Positions 9,388 to 18,600 of a DNA stretch of 41,003 bases are shown here, piece by piece. The first letter of the stretch is position 1, and each line of letters opens with the position of its first letter. Source of the stretch: a virus; the UHGV virus genome UHGV-0224761. One strand, written 5' to 3'. A program made the translations under genes and the position numbers. The notes beneath the pieces were generated by a model that saw only the letters and a list, made by a program, of their open reading frames with translations, had not been told where the DNA came from and made no database searches.

Positions 9388-9696
9388 ATGAGTATTGAAT
9401 TAAGATCGTCTTATGAATATCGCAAAATCCTTATCGCCGGAGGCATGAAACCGGAAGATGCAGAGAAATTCGTTTCTTTTATGGATAAAGAATGTGACAA
9501 GCGGGATATGCCAGAAATTATTATGGATGACATGATTCTGGATTCAGCCGTGGCGTTAAGTCCGTTATGGATTGTGCATACTCTTGCGGAAATAGCTAAA
9601 AGAAGTGACAAGCAGGCGGCTGTCGCCGCCCTGCGATTACTGGCTGAATTAAGTTGTTCAGTCAATCCCAATACGTTCTTTGACGAACCTGGTTAA
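9388..9696 (+). CDS. Hypothetical early protein
   Basis: 102-aa ORF with RBS. Confidence 0.4.
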   Translation: MSIELRSSYEYRKILIAGGMKPEDAEKFVSFMDKECDKRDMPEIIMDDMILDSAVALSPLWIVHTLAEIAKRSDKQAAVAALRLLAELSCSVNPNTFFDEPG

Positions 9697-10068
9697 CATT
9701 GATTTGGTAACTTCTTTAATTAGATCAAATGGTGCGTCTGTAAACTCCTTTTTGATTCTTTCAAGGATTGGTTTTTTTCTCAGGGCGTTAGCTAAATCAT
9801 GCCCCTGCTGGGTAAGCATAATGGGCGTGTTTCTGAAACCAACGCCCAGAGAATGGAAAAAGAAACCAATATATTTGGGTGTTTCTGACTGCATATCACC
9901 ATTAACAATTGAGCCATTATCAGCGAGAAGCATAAGATGAAAAACTTTTTTATCCTTTTCCTCTCCTTCTGCCTCAGCCATGCCCAGATCCTGTAGTGTA
10001 AGGAAAGGTGTTTCAGCATCCTGAAAAGTTGTGAGAATACTTAATACTTCATCGTAATCTATTTTCAT
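9658..10068 (-). CDS. Reverse-oriented hypothetical protein (moron candidate)
   Basis: 136-aa ORF on the opposite strand inside the otherwise unidirectional early operon; the locus is visibly AT-rich compared with its flanks; converges on the upstream gene with a 39-bp overlap. Confidence 0.5.
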   Translation of the reverse strand: MKIDYDEVLSILTTFQDAETPFLTLQDLGMAEAEGEEKDKKVFHLMLLADNGSIVNGDMQSETPKYIGFFFHSLGVGFRNTPIMLTQQGHDLANALRKKPILERIKKEFTDAPFDLIKEVTKSMLTRFVKERIGID

Positions 10069-10132
10069 ATCGATACCTTTAGTTTTATCCGGGCGGCGTT
10101 GCCATGCCGCCTGTTGTTACGGAGACACGATA

Positions 10133-10645
10133 ATGAATCGCGCTTCCCTGATTACCTTAATACATGTCGCAAAACGCGATCTACAGCTTGACCATGAGAC
10201 CTACACATCCGTACTACTGGCAGCCACCGGCAAACCCAGTTGCCGGGATATGTCACCGGATGAGTTATCCCGCGTGCTGGATGTTTTCAAAAAACGCGGT
10301 TTTAAAGTGCGTCAGAAGCCGGTTAACCGGGCCTTAAAACCGGGTACGGTGACCGCCAAAATTCGCGCCATCTGGAAGGTGATGCACCGGCAGGGCTTTA
10401 TCTCTGATGGCGGGGAAACAGCCCTTAACCGCTGGGTGAAATCGCAGACGGCCGCTCAGAACGGCGGCGAAGGTGTGGCTAACTGGCAGTGGCTGGAACA
10501 ACACCCCGCGCTGGCCTCTGATGTGCTGGAGCGTCTCAAACGCTGGCACCGCCGCAAGATGCTGGATGTGCTGGGGATGCCAGCGCGTACAGTGATGAGT
10601 TATGAGCGCGTTTGCAGGCTGTATGAAGAATCCTCCCCCTTTTAA
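10133..10645 (+). CDS. gemA: GemA-like protein (Mu gp16 / DUF1018-like)
   Basis: N-terminus MNRASLITLIHVAKRDLQLDHETY is typical of GemA/gp16-family proteins; sits just upstream of the Mor/C-family gene. Confidence 0.65.
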   Translation: MNRASLITLIHVAKRDLQLDHETYTSVLLAATGKPSCRDMSPDELSRVLDVFKKRGFKVRQKPVNRALKPGTVTAKIRAIWKVMHRQGFISDGGETALNRWVKSQTAAQNGGEGVANWQWLEQHPALASDVLERLKRWHRRKMLDVLGMPARTVMSYERVCRLYEESSPF

Positions 10646-10652
10646 CCCCAAA

Positions 10653-10680
10653 CCCCGCCACAGCGCGGGATTTTTATTTT
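10653..10680 (+). terminator. Rho-independent terminator after gemA
   Basis: GC stem cccgc...gcggg followed by atttttatttt. Confidence 0.6.
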
Positions 10681-10715
10681 AAACTTGCCCTGTGTAATGA
10701 TGACCGGAGGCGGGT

Positions 10716-11138
10716 ATGGCTGAAACACAGATGAGCATGTTTGGTGACAGCGAACAGCTGCACGCGCTGATTGACCGTCTGGATGATATTCCTGATGATG
10801 AGCTGAAAAAGAACTGGCCCGGCACGCTGCGGGACCTGGTTGATGTGATCAGTGCTGAACTGCACCGTCAGGGGATTGAACCTGCTCAGGCGGGAATGCT
10901 TGCCCGTAAGGTTGCAGCCGCACAGGCCGGGTACATGGGCGGGCGTGGTTATTATCTCCCGGTCGGTGAATCCCTTTTCACCGAACTGCGCAATAATGAA
11001 ATTTTTTCCCGCTGGAGCCAGGGCGAAAAAATTGAAACCCTGCGCCGCCACTACCAGATGTCAGAGACGCAGATTTACTCCGTTATCCGCAACCAGCGTC
11101 GCCTGCATCAGGAACGCACGCAGCCACGGCTTTTCTGA
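10716..11138 (+). CDS. mor: Mor/C-family transcriptional activator
   Basis: 140 aa; acidic N-terminus and C-terminal HTH (...ETLRRHYQMSETQIYSVIRNQRR...) resemble Mu Mor/C; sits between gemA and lys. Whether it is the Mor or the C equivalent cannot be resolved. Confidence 0.7.
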   Translation: MAETQMSMFGDSEQLHALIDRLDDIPDDELKKNWPGTLRDLVDVISAELHRQGIEPAQAGMLARKVAAAQAGYMGGRGYYLPVGESLFTELRNNEIFSRWSQGEKIETLRRHYQMSETQIYSVIRNQRRLHQERTQPRLF

Positions 11139-11209
11139 TATTCCGCAAATCCTGCCCACTTTTTCCCACGGTTACGCTGACTCAGAGAACACCATGAGAC
11201 AGCGTAACA

Positions 11210-11710
11210 ATGCCAAAACTCCCCGCACCCCTGCGTAAAAAGCTGATTGCCCTTGTTCTGGCCGGAGCCGGGACGTTCACCATTGCCACGCACTACACCG
11301 GCTACTGGGAAGGGAAAGAAAACACCACGTACATTGATCCCACCGGCACCCCCACCATCTGTTACGGCCATACCGGCCCGGATGTGAAACCGGGGATGAC
11401 AAAAACTGATGAAGAGTGTCTGGAGCTGCTGGAAAAGGACATGAAATGGGCCTTTGCGGCTATCGATCGTCATGTTCAGGTGCCGCTTACCCGTGGCCAG
11501 ACGGTGGCGCTGGCCTCCTGGATTTTCTGGGCCGGTGAAACGAACTTTCGCAACTCCACGCTCCTGCGCCTTATCAATGCCGGGCAGATGCCCGCGTCCT
11601 GTAAGCAGTATATCCGCTGGATTTATTCAAAGGGGGTAAAACTCCCCGGTCTTGAGGCCCGCCGTTCGGCGGATGAATGGTTATGTCGTTACGATTTGCC
11701 GAAAGTCTGA
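11210..11710 (+). CDS. lys: SAR endolysin (T4-lysozyme-like glycoside hydrolase)
   Basis: N-terminal weakly hydrophobic signal-anchor (LIALVLAGAGTFTIATHY) followed by a lysozyme catalytic E...D...T spacing (YWEGKENTTYIDPTGTPTICYGHT). Confidence 0.8.
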   Translation: MPKLPAPLRKKLIALVLAGAGTFTIATHYTGYWEGKENTTYIDPTGTPTICYGHTGPDVKPGMTKTDEECLELLEKDMKWAFAAIDRHVQVPLTRGQTVALASWIFWAGETNFRNSTLLRLINAGQMPASCKQYIRWIYSKGVKLPGLEARRSADEWLCRYDLPKV

Positions 11711-11822
11711 ACCGCTTCTGGCGACCGCTCATGATTGCGCTGCTGTGTGCCGTTGTGCTGCTGCGGGGTGTGCTGTGTCTGCGGTGAACAATCCCTTACC
11801 GGCCCTGATTGCCGGAGGCTGT

Positions 11823-12173
11823 ATGGCGGCGCTGGGGGTGATGAGCGTGCTGGCTGCCGTGGTATGGGGAATGCACCAGAAGACGCAGCGCCTTGAGGAC
11901 AATAATCATGTGCTTGTGCGTGAACGGGACGAAGCCCGTCTGGTGCTGGCAAACCAGCAACGCACCCTGCAACTCATTTCACAAATCAGCAAGGCGGCCA
12001 CGAATGAAAAACAGCAGAACATGCAGCACAGCGAGGAACAGCAGAGCATTGTCCGCCGGTCGCTGGCAACGGTGCCTGCGGCCTCTGTTCCTGTGCCTGA
12101 TGATGTGGCTGACCGGGTGCGGCGGGCCGTCTGTGAAATACGTGCCGGTGAAGCCGGTGCCGATCCCCGCTGA
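11823..12173 (+). CDS. Putative i-spanin (Rz-like)
   Basis: N-terminal transmembrane segment (MAALGVMSVLAAVVWG) then a charged coiled-coil-like periplasmic domain, immediately after the endolysin; start could instead be the GTG at 11784. Confidence 0.5.
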   Translation: MAALGVMSVLAAVVWGMHQKTQRLEDNNHVLVRERDEARLVLANQQRTLQLISQISKAATNEKQQNMQHSEEQQSIVRRSLATVPAASVPVPDDVADRVRRAVCEIRAGEAGADPR

Positions 12174-12375
12174 ATGGCTGGCTGACTGTCTGGTCCCTCC
12201 TGTGCCGCAGCCGTTCACATTTGGCGCATCGGTCACTTACAACCTGCAACTGCTGGCGGTGATTAAAAACTGCAACGTGGACAAGGCCAGCATCCGCCGT
12301 CTGGAGGCACAGCGACAGCATGAATTTACTGATATGGCCGGAACGACTGCTGTTCCGGCAGGAAAGACGAAGTAA
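12004..12375 (+). CDS. Putative o-spanin (Rz1-like lipoprotein) in the +1 frame over the i-spanin
   Basis: Lipobox LTG|C after a hydrophobic stretch, then a proline-rich mature region (GGPSVKYVPVKPVPIPAEW...PPVPQP); start codon uncertain. Confidence 0.5.
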   Translation: MKNSRTCSTARNSRALSAGRWQRCLRPLFLCLMMWLTGCGGPSVKYVPVKPVPIPAEWLADCLVPPVPQPFTFGASVTYNLQLLAVIKNCNVDKASIRRLEAQRQHEFTDMAGTTAVPAGKTK

Positions 12376-12385
12376 GGAAAAAGGT

Positions 12386-12613
12386 ATGGATGATTCAGAT
12401 TGTGCTCAGGCAGTCGTGGAGCGGGCAACAGAACGCGCCCTTTGTGACCGGCTGACACGTAAGCGCCGGGTGGCGGAGACACCGGGCAGGCGTGCATGCG
12501 CGGACTGCGGGGGTGACATTCCGGCCGCCCGTCTGGTTGCCGTGCCGGATGCCATCCGTTGTGTGAACTGCCAGAACATCATGGAGGCCGGTCATGTGGG
12601 TCAGTATCGTTAA
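12386..12613 (+). CDS. TraR/DksA-family C4 zinc-finger protein
   Basis: CADCGGDIPAARL...IRCVNCQ four-cysteine motif; internal ATG with RBS aggaaaaaggt. Confidence 0.7.
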   Translation: MDDSDCAQAVVERATERALCDRLTRKRRVAETPGRRACADCGGDIPAARLVAVPDAIRCVNCQNIMEAGHVGQYR

Positions 12614-12902
12614 AGATTATGTCGTGCCGATCCTGTCGGCCACGGCCACGGCCGGGGGGATCTTTATGGCGCTGATGCGCAAAACCTTTGTCCCCCGCGA
12701 GGCCTTTGAAAAACTCTCCGACCGGGTTGAGCGGGTGGAGAGCCGGATTTCCGGCCTGCCCACGCAGCAGGAGGTGAACAGACTCAATATCGAAATCACC
12801 ACCCTGCGCGGTGAGCTTAAGGCCACCAATGCCACCCTGAAATCCGTCTCCCACCAGAACGAACTGCTGCTGGAGCAGGCTGTAAGGAAAAAAACACAAT
12901 GA
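12594..12902 (+). CDS. Small membrane protein, possibly the Mu gp25 (releasin) equivalent
   Basis: Single N-terminal transmembrane helix then a coiled-coil region; located in the lysis/late-leader cluster. The releasin assignment is by position and topology only. Confidence 0.4.
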   Translation: MWVSIVKDYVVPILSATATAGGIFMALMRKTFVPREAFEKLSDRVERVESRISGLPTQQEVNRLNIEITTLRGELKATNATLKSVSHQNELLLEQAVRKKTQ

Positions 12903-13189
12903 GTGATTTCATTACTGAAGATCAGCGTCTTGTCATTCTGCGGTCGCTGGCGGATTACAACGGCGAACTGGGCGAATCCGTGCTTCAGGACTGCCTGGAT
13001 GATTACGGCCACCGTGTGTCCCGCGACACCGTTCACACCCACATTGCCTGGCTTGCCGAGCAGGGACTGGTGCGTAAGCGCACGCTTGTTAACGGTTATT
13101 TCATCGCTGAACTGACCGGCCGGGGTCAGGATGTGGCGGAAGGTCGTGCCACTGTTCCGGGTGTGAAGAAACCACGCGCAAGGGGGTAA
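12899..13189 (+). CDS. Hypothetical protein with winged-helix-like segment
   Basis: 96-aa ORF, coupled; ...SRDTVHTHIAWLAEQGLVRK.... Confidence 0.4.
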   Translation: MSDFITEDQRLVILRSLADYNGELGESVLQDCLDDYGHRVSRDTVHTHIAWLAEQGLVRKRTLVNGYFIAELTGRGQDVAEGRATVPGVKKPRARG

Positions 13190-13191
13190 CG

Positions 13192-13773
13192 ATGGATAAG
13201 CCAACGCGTGGCCGTGTACGCAAGGTGGATTTGCTCCCCGACAGCATCCGTAAGCCGCTGCTGGAAATGCTGCGTGAAAAACGCCTGACGCAGGTCCAGA
13301 TCCGCGAGGAAATCAACCGTCTGATCCGTGAAGCAGGTCTGCCGGAAGAGCAGCAGCTCTCACCGGCGGCCATCAGCCGGGAAGCCTCCCGTAATGAGCT
13401 GATTGCCCGTAATCTGCGTGATTTACGCGAGCAGACAAAAGCCATGATGGCCGAACTGGGGGATAAGCCGACCGGTGAAACCACGGCACTGATTCTGGAG
13501 ATGTCCCGTGCCCTGATGTACCGCCGTCTGCGTGCCGCCACCGAATCCCTGAACAGCGACAGCGATGTGGATATGCGCCTTATTAAGGACATCCTCCTGT
13601 CGGCACAGCGTGCAGAAAGTGCCGCCGAGCGCAGCATTAAGCGTGAAAAAGAAATCCGGGCCGCATTTGCTGAAGAGATGGCGAATGCGGTCACCGATGA
13701 GTTGCGCGGCGTGGATGGCATGAGCGAGCAGATCGAATTCCGTATCAGGCAGATGCTGCTGGGTAAGGCGTAG
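13192..13773 (+). CDS. Putative terminase small subunit (Mu gp27 / DUF3486-like)
   Basis: 193 aa, N-terminal ...RKVDLLPDSIRKPLLEML... resembles Mu-like gp27 proteins; lies upstream of the large terminase. Confidence 0.5.
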   Translation: MDKPTRGRVRKVDLLPDSIRKPLLEMLREKRLTQVQIREEINRLIREAGLPEEQQLSPAAISREASRNELIARNLRDLREQTKAMMAELGDKPTGETTALILEMSRALMYRRLRAATESLNSDSDVDMRLIKDILLSAQRAESAAERSIKREKEIRAAFAEEMANAVTDELRGVDGMSEQIEFRIRQMLLGKA

Positions 13774-13783
13774 GAGGTGAATC

Positions 13784-14032
13784 ATGGCAACAGATAACCG
13801 CTCACTGATGAGCAGTGCCCATCAGAAAGCATTCAGTCTTGCAACACAGTTACCTCCTGAAACCATAAAGGTATGTCGTGAGTTGACTGAACTCAGCATT
13901 GCCGGGGAAATATCCCTGGAACAACTGCATTCGCTGCTGGCAGAGGCTGCCACTGATGAGTTGAGCGGCGTGGACGTGATGACTGAAGAGCTTGAGTCCC
14001 GAATCAAAAGCATTCTGACAGGTAAAGCATGA
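13784..14032 (+). CDS. Hypothetical protein whose C-terminus repeats that of the preceding gene
   Basis: C-terminal ...ATDELSGVDVMTEELESRIKSILTGKA parallels ...AVTDELRGVDGMSEQIEFRIRQMLLGKA of 13192..13773. Confidence 0.45.
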   Translation: MATDNRSLMSSAHQKAFSLATQLPPETIKVCRELTELSIAGEISLEQLHSLLAEAATDELSGVDVMTEELESRIKSILTGKA

Positions 14033-15696
14033 TGAACAAAGCCAGAGAAACGTCGCCTTCACTGATGCAAATGACGCCTCCCCGCAAAATTGATCTGTCA
14101 GGTGAAAAAGCCCTGCTGGGCGTGGATGTGCCGGACAGCCTTGATTTGCCCGGTGATATGCCGGTGTTTCTGGATTATCAGGCCCGCTGGTTTGCAGATG
14201 AAAGTCAGGTCTGCATCGCGGAGAAATCCCGCCGCACCGGTCTTACCTGGGCGGAAGCCGGGCGTAACGTCATTACTGCTGCAAAACCGAAGCGTCGTGG
14301 TGGCCGCAATGTGTTTTATGTGGGATCAAAGCAGGAGATGGCGCTGGAATATATTTCTGCCTGCGCGCTGTTCTCCCGTGCCTTTAACCAGCTGGCAGAT
14401 GCTGATGTGTATGAGCAGACATTCTGGGATCGGGATAAAAAAGAAGAAATTTTGACCTACATGATCCGCTTTCCGAACAGTGGATTCAAAATTCAGGCAT
14501 TGTCTTCCCGTCCGTCAAACCTGCGCGGCCTTCAGGGGGATGTGGTGATTGATGAAGCCGCGTTCCACGAGTCACTGGATGAGCTTCTCAAGGCGGCAAT
14601 GGCGCTCACTATGTGGGGCGCGCGCGTGCGTATTATCTCCACGCATAACGGCGTCGATAATCTGTTTAATCAGTACATTCAGGAAGCCCGCGAGGGGCGC
14701 AAGGATTACAGCGTCCACCGCATAACCCTGGATGATGCCATTGCGGACGGGCTGTACCGTCGTATCTGTTACGTCACCGATCAGGAATGGTCACCGGAAA
14801 GCGAGCAGAAATGGCGTGATGTTCTCTACAAAAACGCCCCGACCCGTGAGGATGCCGACGAGGAATACGGCTGTATCCCGAAAAAATCCGGCGGTGCCTA
14901 TATCCCCCACGCGCTTATTGAAATGGCGATGATCCGCGACATCCCGATTCTGACGTTTGAAGCCCCGGACAACTTCATCAGCCGTGCCGCATGGCTGCGT
15001 GAATCGGAAGTTTTAACCTGGTGTGAAGAACATTTAAAACCGCTTTTAGAGAAATTAAATCCCCGTTCCCGCTTCAGCTTCGGGGAAGACTTTGCCCGCA
15101 CCGGTGACCTGTCCTGCTTTGTGCTGCTGGAAATCACCGAATCCCTGGCAAAGCGCGAGGTGTTTCGCGTGGAGCTGCGCAACCTGCCGTATGCCCAGCA
15201 GGAACAGGTGATGATGTACATCCTGACCCGCGTTCCGGCGCTGGTCGGTGCGGCGTTCGACGCCACCGGTAACGGCGGCTATCTGGCAGAGGCCGCACTG
15301 CTGGCCTTTGGCCCGGATATCATCGACTGCGTGATGTTGTCGCCGAAGTGGTACGGCGAGTGGATGCCAAAACTGAAAGCCGAGTTTGAAGATCAGAATA
15401 TCCTCGTCGCCCGCCATCAGACCACGCTTGATGATTTGCGCCATGTGAAGGTAGTGAATGGTATCCCGCAAATCGACAAGGGGCGCACGAAGGACCAGAA
15501 CGCAACGGCTGCGAACGCCCGCCGCCATGGTGATTTTGCCGTGGCGCTCTGTATGGCAAACCGGGCGTCATACATGGAGGGCTTCATCCTGGATGAATCA
15601 GCCTGTCAGGCGCTACCGGAGCGGTCGCGGGCAATGGAGGGCGGTTATCGTGATGACGATGAGGCATATCATGAATTTGATCGGGGGGGCTGGTAG
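14029..15696 (+). CDS. Terminase large subunit (Mu-like)
   Basis: 555-aa ORF immediately upstream of the portal gene; Walker-B-like VVIDEAAFHE; size and position match the Mu large terminase. Confidence 0.65.
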   Translation: MMNKARETSPSLMQMTPPRKIDLSGEKALLGVDVPDSLDLPGDMPVFLDYQARWFADESQVCIAEKSRRTGLTWAEAGRNVITAAKPKRRGGRNVFYVGSKQEMALEYISACALFSRAFNQLADADVYEQTFWDRDKKEEILTYMIRFPNSGFKIQALSSRPSNLRGLQGDVVIDEAAFHESLDELLKAAMALTMWGARVRIISTHNGVDNLFNQYIQEAREGRKDYSVHRITLDDAIADGLYRRICYVTDQEWSPESEQKWRDVLYKNAPTREDADEEYGCIPKKSGGAYIPHALIEMAMIRDIPILTFEAPDNFISRAAWLRESEVLTWCEEHLKPLLEKLNPRSRFSFGEDFARTGDLSCFVLLEITESLAKREVFRVELRNLPYAQQEQVMMYILTRVPALVGAAFDATGNGGYLAEAALLAFGPDIIDCVMLSPKWYGEWMPKLKAEFEDQNILVARHQTTLDDLRHVKVVNGIPQIDKGRTKDQNATAANARRHGDFAVALCMANRASYMEGFILDESACQALPERSRAMEGGYRDDDEAYHEFDRGGW

Positions 15697-17285
15697 TGGG
15701 ACGCATCATTGATACTGACGGAAAACCTTTCTCCTTTGACCCGGAGATGCAGAGTGCCGCGCTGGATATTCCGCAGATTGCCAGCCGTTATATTGAACAT
15801 CCGGCTTCGGGTATCACCCCGAACCGGGCGGCGCAGTGCCTTCGCGGGGCTGAACGTGGCGATCTGATTGCCCAGTCCGATCTGGCCGCTGATATTGAAG
15901 AAAAGGACACCCACCTTTTTGCGGAGCTGGGCAAGCGACGTCTTGCCATTCAGGGGGTGCCATGGAGTATTGAGCCGCCACCGAACGCCAGCGCGAATGA
16001 GAAAAAGGACGCGGAAATGCTCGACGAATATCTGCATTCCGCAGACTGGTTTGATGCCATGCTGTTTGACGCCACGGATGCCATCCTGAAGGGCTATTCC
16101 TGCATGGAAATTGAGCACGGGATGCTCGGTAAAATGCACATCATCCGCGCCATCCGCTGGCGTGACAGCGGGCATTTCTGCCTTAACCCGGATGATTTGA
16201 GCGAACTGCGGCTGCGTGACGGCAGCCATGCCGGGGTGGCGTTTCAGCCTTTTGGCTGGATAGTGCATCAGTCACGTTCACGGACCGGTTACGGTGGCGC
16301 AACGGGGCTTGTCAGGACGCTTGTCTGGCCGTTCATTTTCAAAAACTATTCCGTGCGCGATCTGGCCGAATTTCTGGAGGTGTACGGACTGCCGATGAAG
16401 GTCGGGAAATACCCGTCCGGGGCAACACCGGAGCAGAAAAGCGCCCTGATGCGGGCGGTGATGGATATCGGGCGACGTACAGGCGGGATCATCCCGGCCG
16501 GGATGTCGCTGGAATTTCAGGCGGCAGCAAACGGTCAGGCCGATCCATTTGAAACCATGATTTCGTGGGGGGAGCGTTCCATCTCCAAAGCAATACTCGG
16601 CGGCACGCTGACCACGGAAGCCGGAGACAAAGGCGCGCGCTCGCTGGGTGAGGTGCATAACGAGGTGCGCCGGGAAATCAGGGATTCTGATTTACGGCAG
16701 CTGGCTGCAACCCTGAACCGCGATCTGGTGTATCCGCTGTACGCCCTGAACACCACGCACACTATTGATATCCGCCGTCTGCCACGTATCTGCTTCCAGA
16801 CCAAAGAACCAGGTGATATCACCAAAATCACCAGTGCGGTGATGCAGCTCAGTACGGGGATGGATATTTCTGATCCCTGGATACGGGAGCAGACCGGTAT
16901 TCCGCAGCCCACGCCCGGTGAAGCCATATTCCGTGTCCGTCAGAGTGGCAATGAACCGGCTCAGACCGACAGGGAAACACCACCGGAAAAACAGGAAAAA
17001 ACAGAGCAGACGGCGCTGTCAGCCAGACTGCCGGAAGCGAAAAGCACGCCGCGTGATGAACTGGATGATATGGGGGACGCGGTGCCTGCCCGCCGCTTAC
17101 AGGAGGCCATCGACCCGGTACTGGAGCCGGTCATTGATGCCATCAGAACGCGGGGGCTGGCGGATGCGCTGGCAGACCTGCCTGCCCTTTATCGTGAAAT
17201 GGATGATTCCCGCCTGATGACGCTGCTCAGTGATGCCATGTTTGCTGCGGAAATGAAGGGGATGCTGGATGACACAGGGGATTGA
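15696..17285 (+). CDS. H: Portal protein (Mu gp29/H-like)
   Basis: 529 aa; position between terminase and the F-like protein. Confidence 0.7.
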   Translation: MGRIIDTDGKPFSFDPEMQSAALDIPQIASRYIEHPASGITPNRAAQCLRGAERGDLIAQSDLAADIEEKDTHLFAELGKRRLAIQGVPWSIEPPPNASANEKKDAEMLDEYLHSADWFDAMLFDATDAILKGYSCMEIEHGMLGKMHIIRAIRWRDSGHFCLNPDDLSELRLRDGSHAGVAFQPFGWIVHQSRSRTGYGGATGLVRTLVWPFIFKNYSVRDLAEFLEVYGLPMKVGKYPSGATPEQKSALMRAVMDIGRRTGGIIPAGMSLEFQAAANGQADPFETMISWGERSISKAILGGTLTTEAGDKGARSLGEVHNEVRREIRDSDLRQLAATLNRDLVYPLYALNTTHTIDIRRLPRICFQTKEPGDITKITSAVMQLSTGMDISDPWIREQTGIPQPTPGEAIFRVRQSGNEPAQTDRETPPEKQEKTEQTALSARLPEAKSTPRDELDDMGDAVPARRLQEAIDPVLEPVIDAIRTRGLADALADLPALYREMDDSRLMTLLSDAMFAAEMKGMLDDTGD

Positions 17286-18600
17286 TTTAGGTTATGCCGC
17301 CACGCTTCCCTCAAAAGAGGCGGTAGCATACTTCCGTGTCAAAGGGGCGCATATCAGCTGGAACTGGTTCGAAACAGCCGCGGATGTTCATGCCCGCTCA
17401 TTCACGGCAGCAAAAGCGGCACGCCTGGATGTGGTGACCACGTTACAGGCCGAAGTGCAGCGGGCCATTGATGAGGGAATTTCACAGAAAGCATTTATCC
17501 GCACGCTGACGCCACGCCTGCAAAAGCTGGGATGGTGGGGAAAGCAGATTGTGGTGGACAGCGACGGTAACGCGGAAGAAGTGCAACTGGGCAGTCCCCG
17601 TCGTCTGGCGCTGATTTACAACGTGAACACCCGTGTGGCTTACAATGCCGGGCGTTACACGCAGATGATGAACAACACGGACACGCATCCGTTCTGGCAG
17701 TATGTGGCGGTCATGGACAGCCGTACCCGCCCGTCGCATTCCGCCCTTAACGGTCTGGTATTCCGCTATGACGATCCGTTCTGGAAAACACACTACCCAC
17801 CTAATGGCTGGAACTGCCGCTGCCGTGTGCGGCCATTGTCTCAGGCTCGTCTGGATGCAATGGGGTTATCCGTTTCATCCGGTGAGGATCATCTCTCCAC
17901 CCGCAATGTTGAGGCTGGCGTGGATAAACAGACCGGAGAAGTCAGAGAAATGCCGGTGACCACATATTCAGATGGCACCAGAACCATGACACCGGATGTG
18001 GGCTGGTCATATAACCCCGGCTCGGCAGCGTTCGGCACAGACCAGGCGCTGATCCGCAAACTGATCGAGGTGAAAAGCCCGGCGTTACGGGAAATGGTGG
18101 TTCAGGAGATGAACAACAGCCCGGAGCGGCAGCTGGCGTTCCGCATCTGGGCAAAAAACATCATGCAGACCCGGCGAGGTGGTAACGATATCCGCACGCT
18201 GGGCTTTATGACTGAAAGCATTGCGCAGGCAGTGGAAAGCCGGACGGGAACGCCACCGGCCCGCCTGCTGGCGATGAGCGGTAAAAATGTGCTCCATGCA
18301 GACAGTGTGAAACATCAGAATGACGGCATCGCCCTGATGCCAGAGGACTTCGGGCGCTTACCGGCAATGCTGGCAAAGCCAAAAGCGGTGCTGTGGGACA
18401 AACGGCACAAAAATCTGATGTATATCGTGGAAAATAAGGATGGCAGTGTGCAGATTGCCGTTAATGCACCGTACAGTCTGAAACGTCAGCCCGACAAACT
18501 GGATGTGATTGTGAATGCTTACCGGGTTATCAATATGGATAAGCTGAAATCGGATATCCGGGGCGGAATGCTTGAGGTGCTGGAAGGACAAATTGATTAA
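17269..18600 (+). CDS. F: Mu F-like head morphogenesis protein
   Basis: Conserved ...YPPNGWNCRCRVRP... motif typical of the Phage_Mu_F family. Confidence 0.8.
   Translation: MTQGIDLGYAATLPSKEAVAYFRVKGAHISWNWFETAADVHARSFTAAKAARLDVVTTLQAEVQRAIDEGISQKAFIRTLTPRLQKLGWWGKQIVVDSDGNAEEVQLGSPRRLALIYNVNTRVAYNAGRYTQMMNNTDTHPFWQYVAVMDSRTRPSHSALNGLVFRYDDPFWKTHYPPNGWNCRCRVRPLSQARLDAMGLSVSSGEDHLSTRNVEAGVDKQTGEVREMPVTTYSDGTRTMTPDVGWSYNPGSAAFGTDQALIRKLIEVKSPALREMVVQEMNNSPERQLAFRIWAKNIMQTRRGGNDIRTLGFMTESIAQAVESRTGTPPARLLAMSGKNVLHADSVKHQNDGIALMPEDFGRLPAMLAKPKAVLWDKRHKNLMYIVENKDGSVQIAVNAPYSLKRQPDKLDVIVNAYRVINMDKLKSDIRGGMLEVLEGQID

Noticed and set aside
13101-13785. Long minus-strand ORFs (13101..13721, 13423..13785) opposite the small-terminase-like gene
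   Set aside because: Antisense frames with Ser/Arg-rich low-complexity translations; the plus-strand gene fits the translationally coupled late operon.
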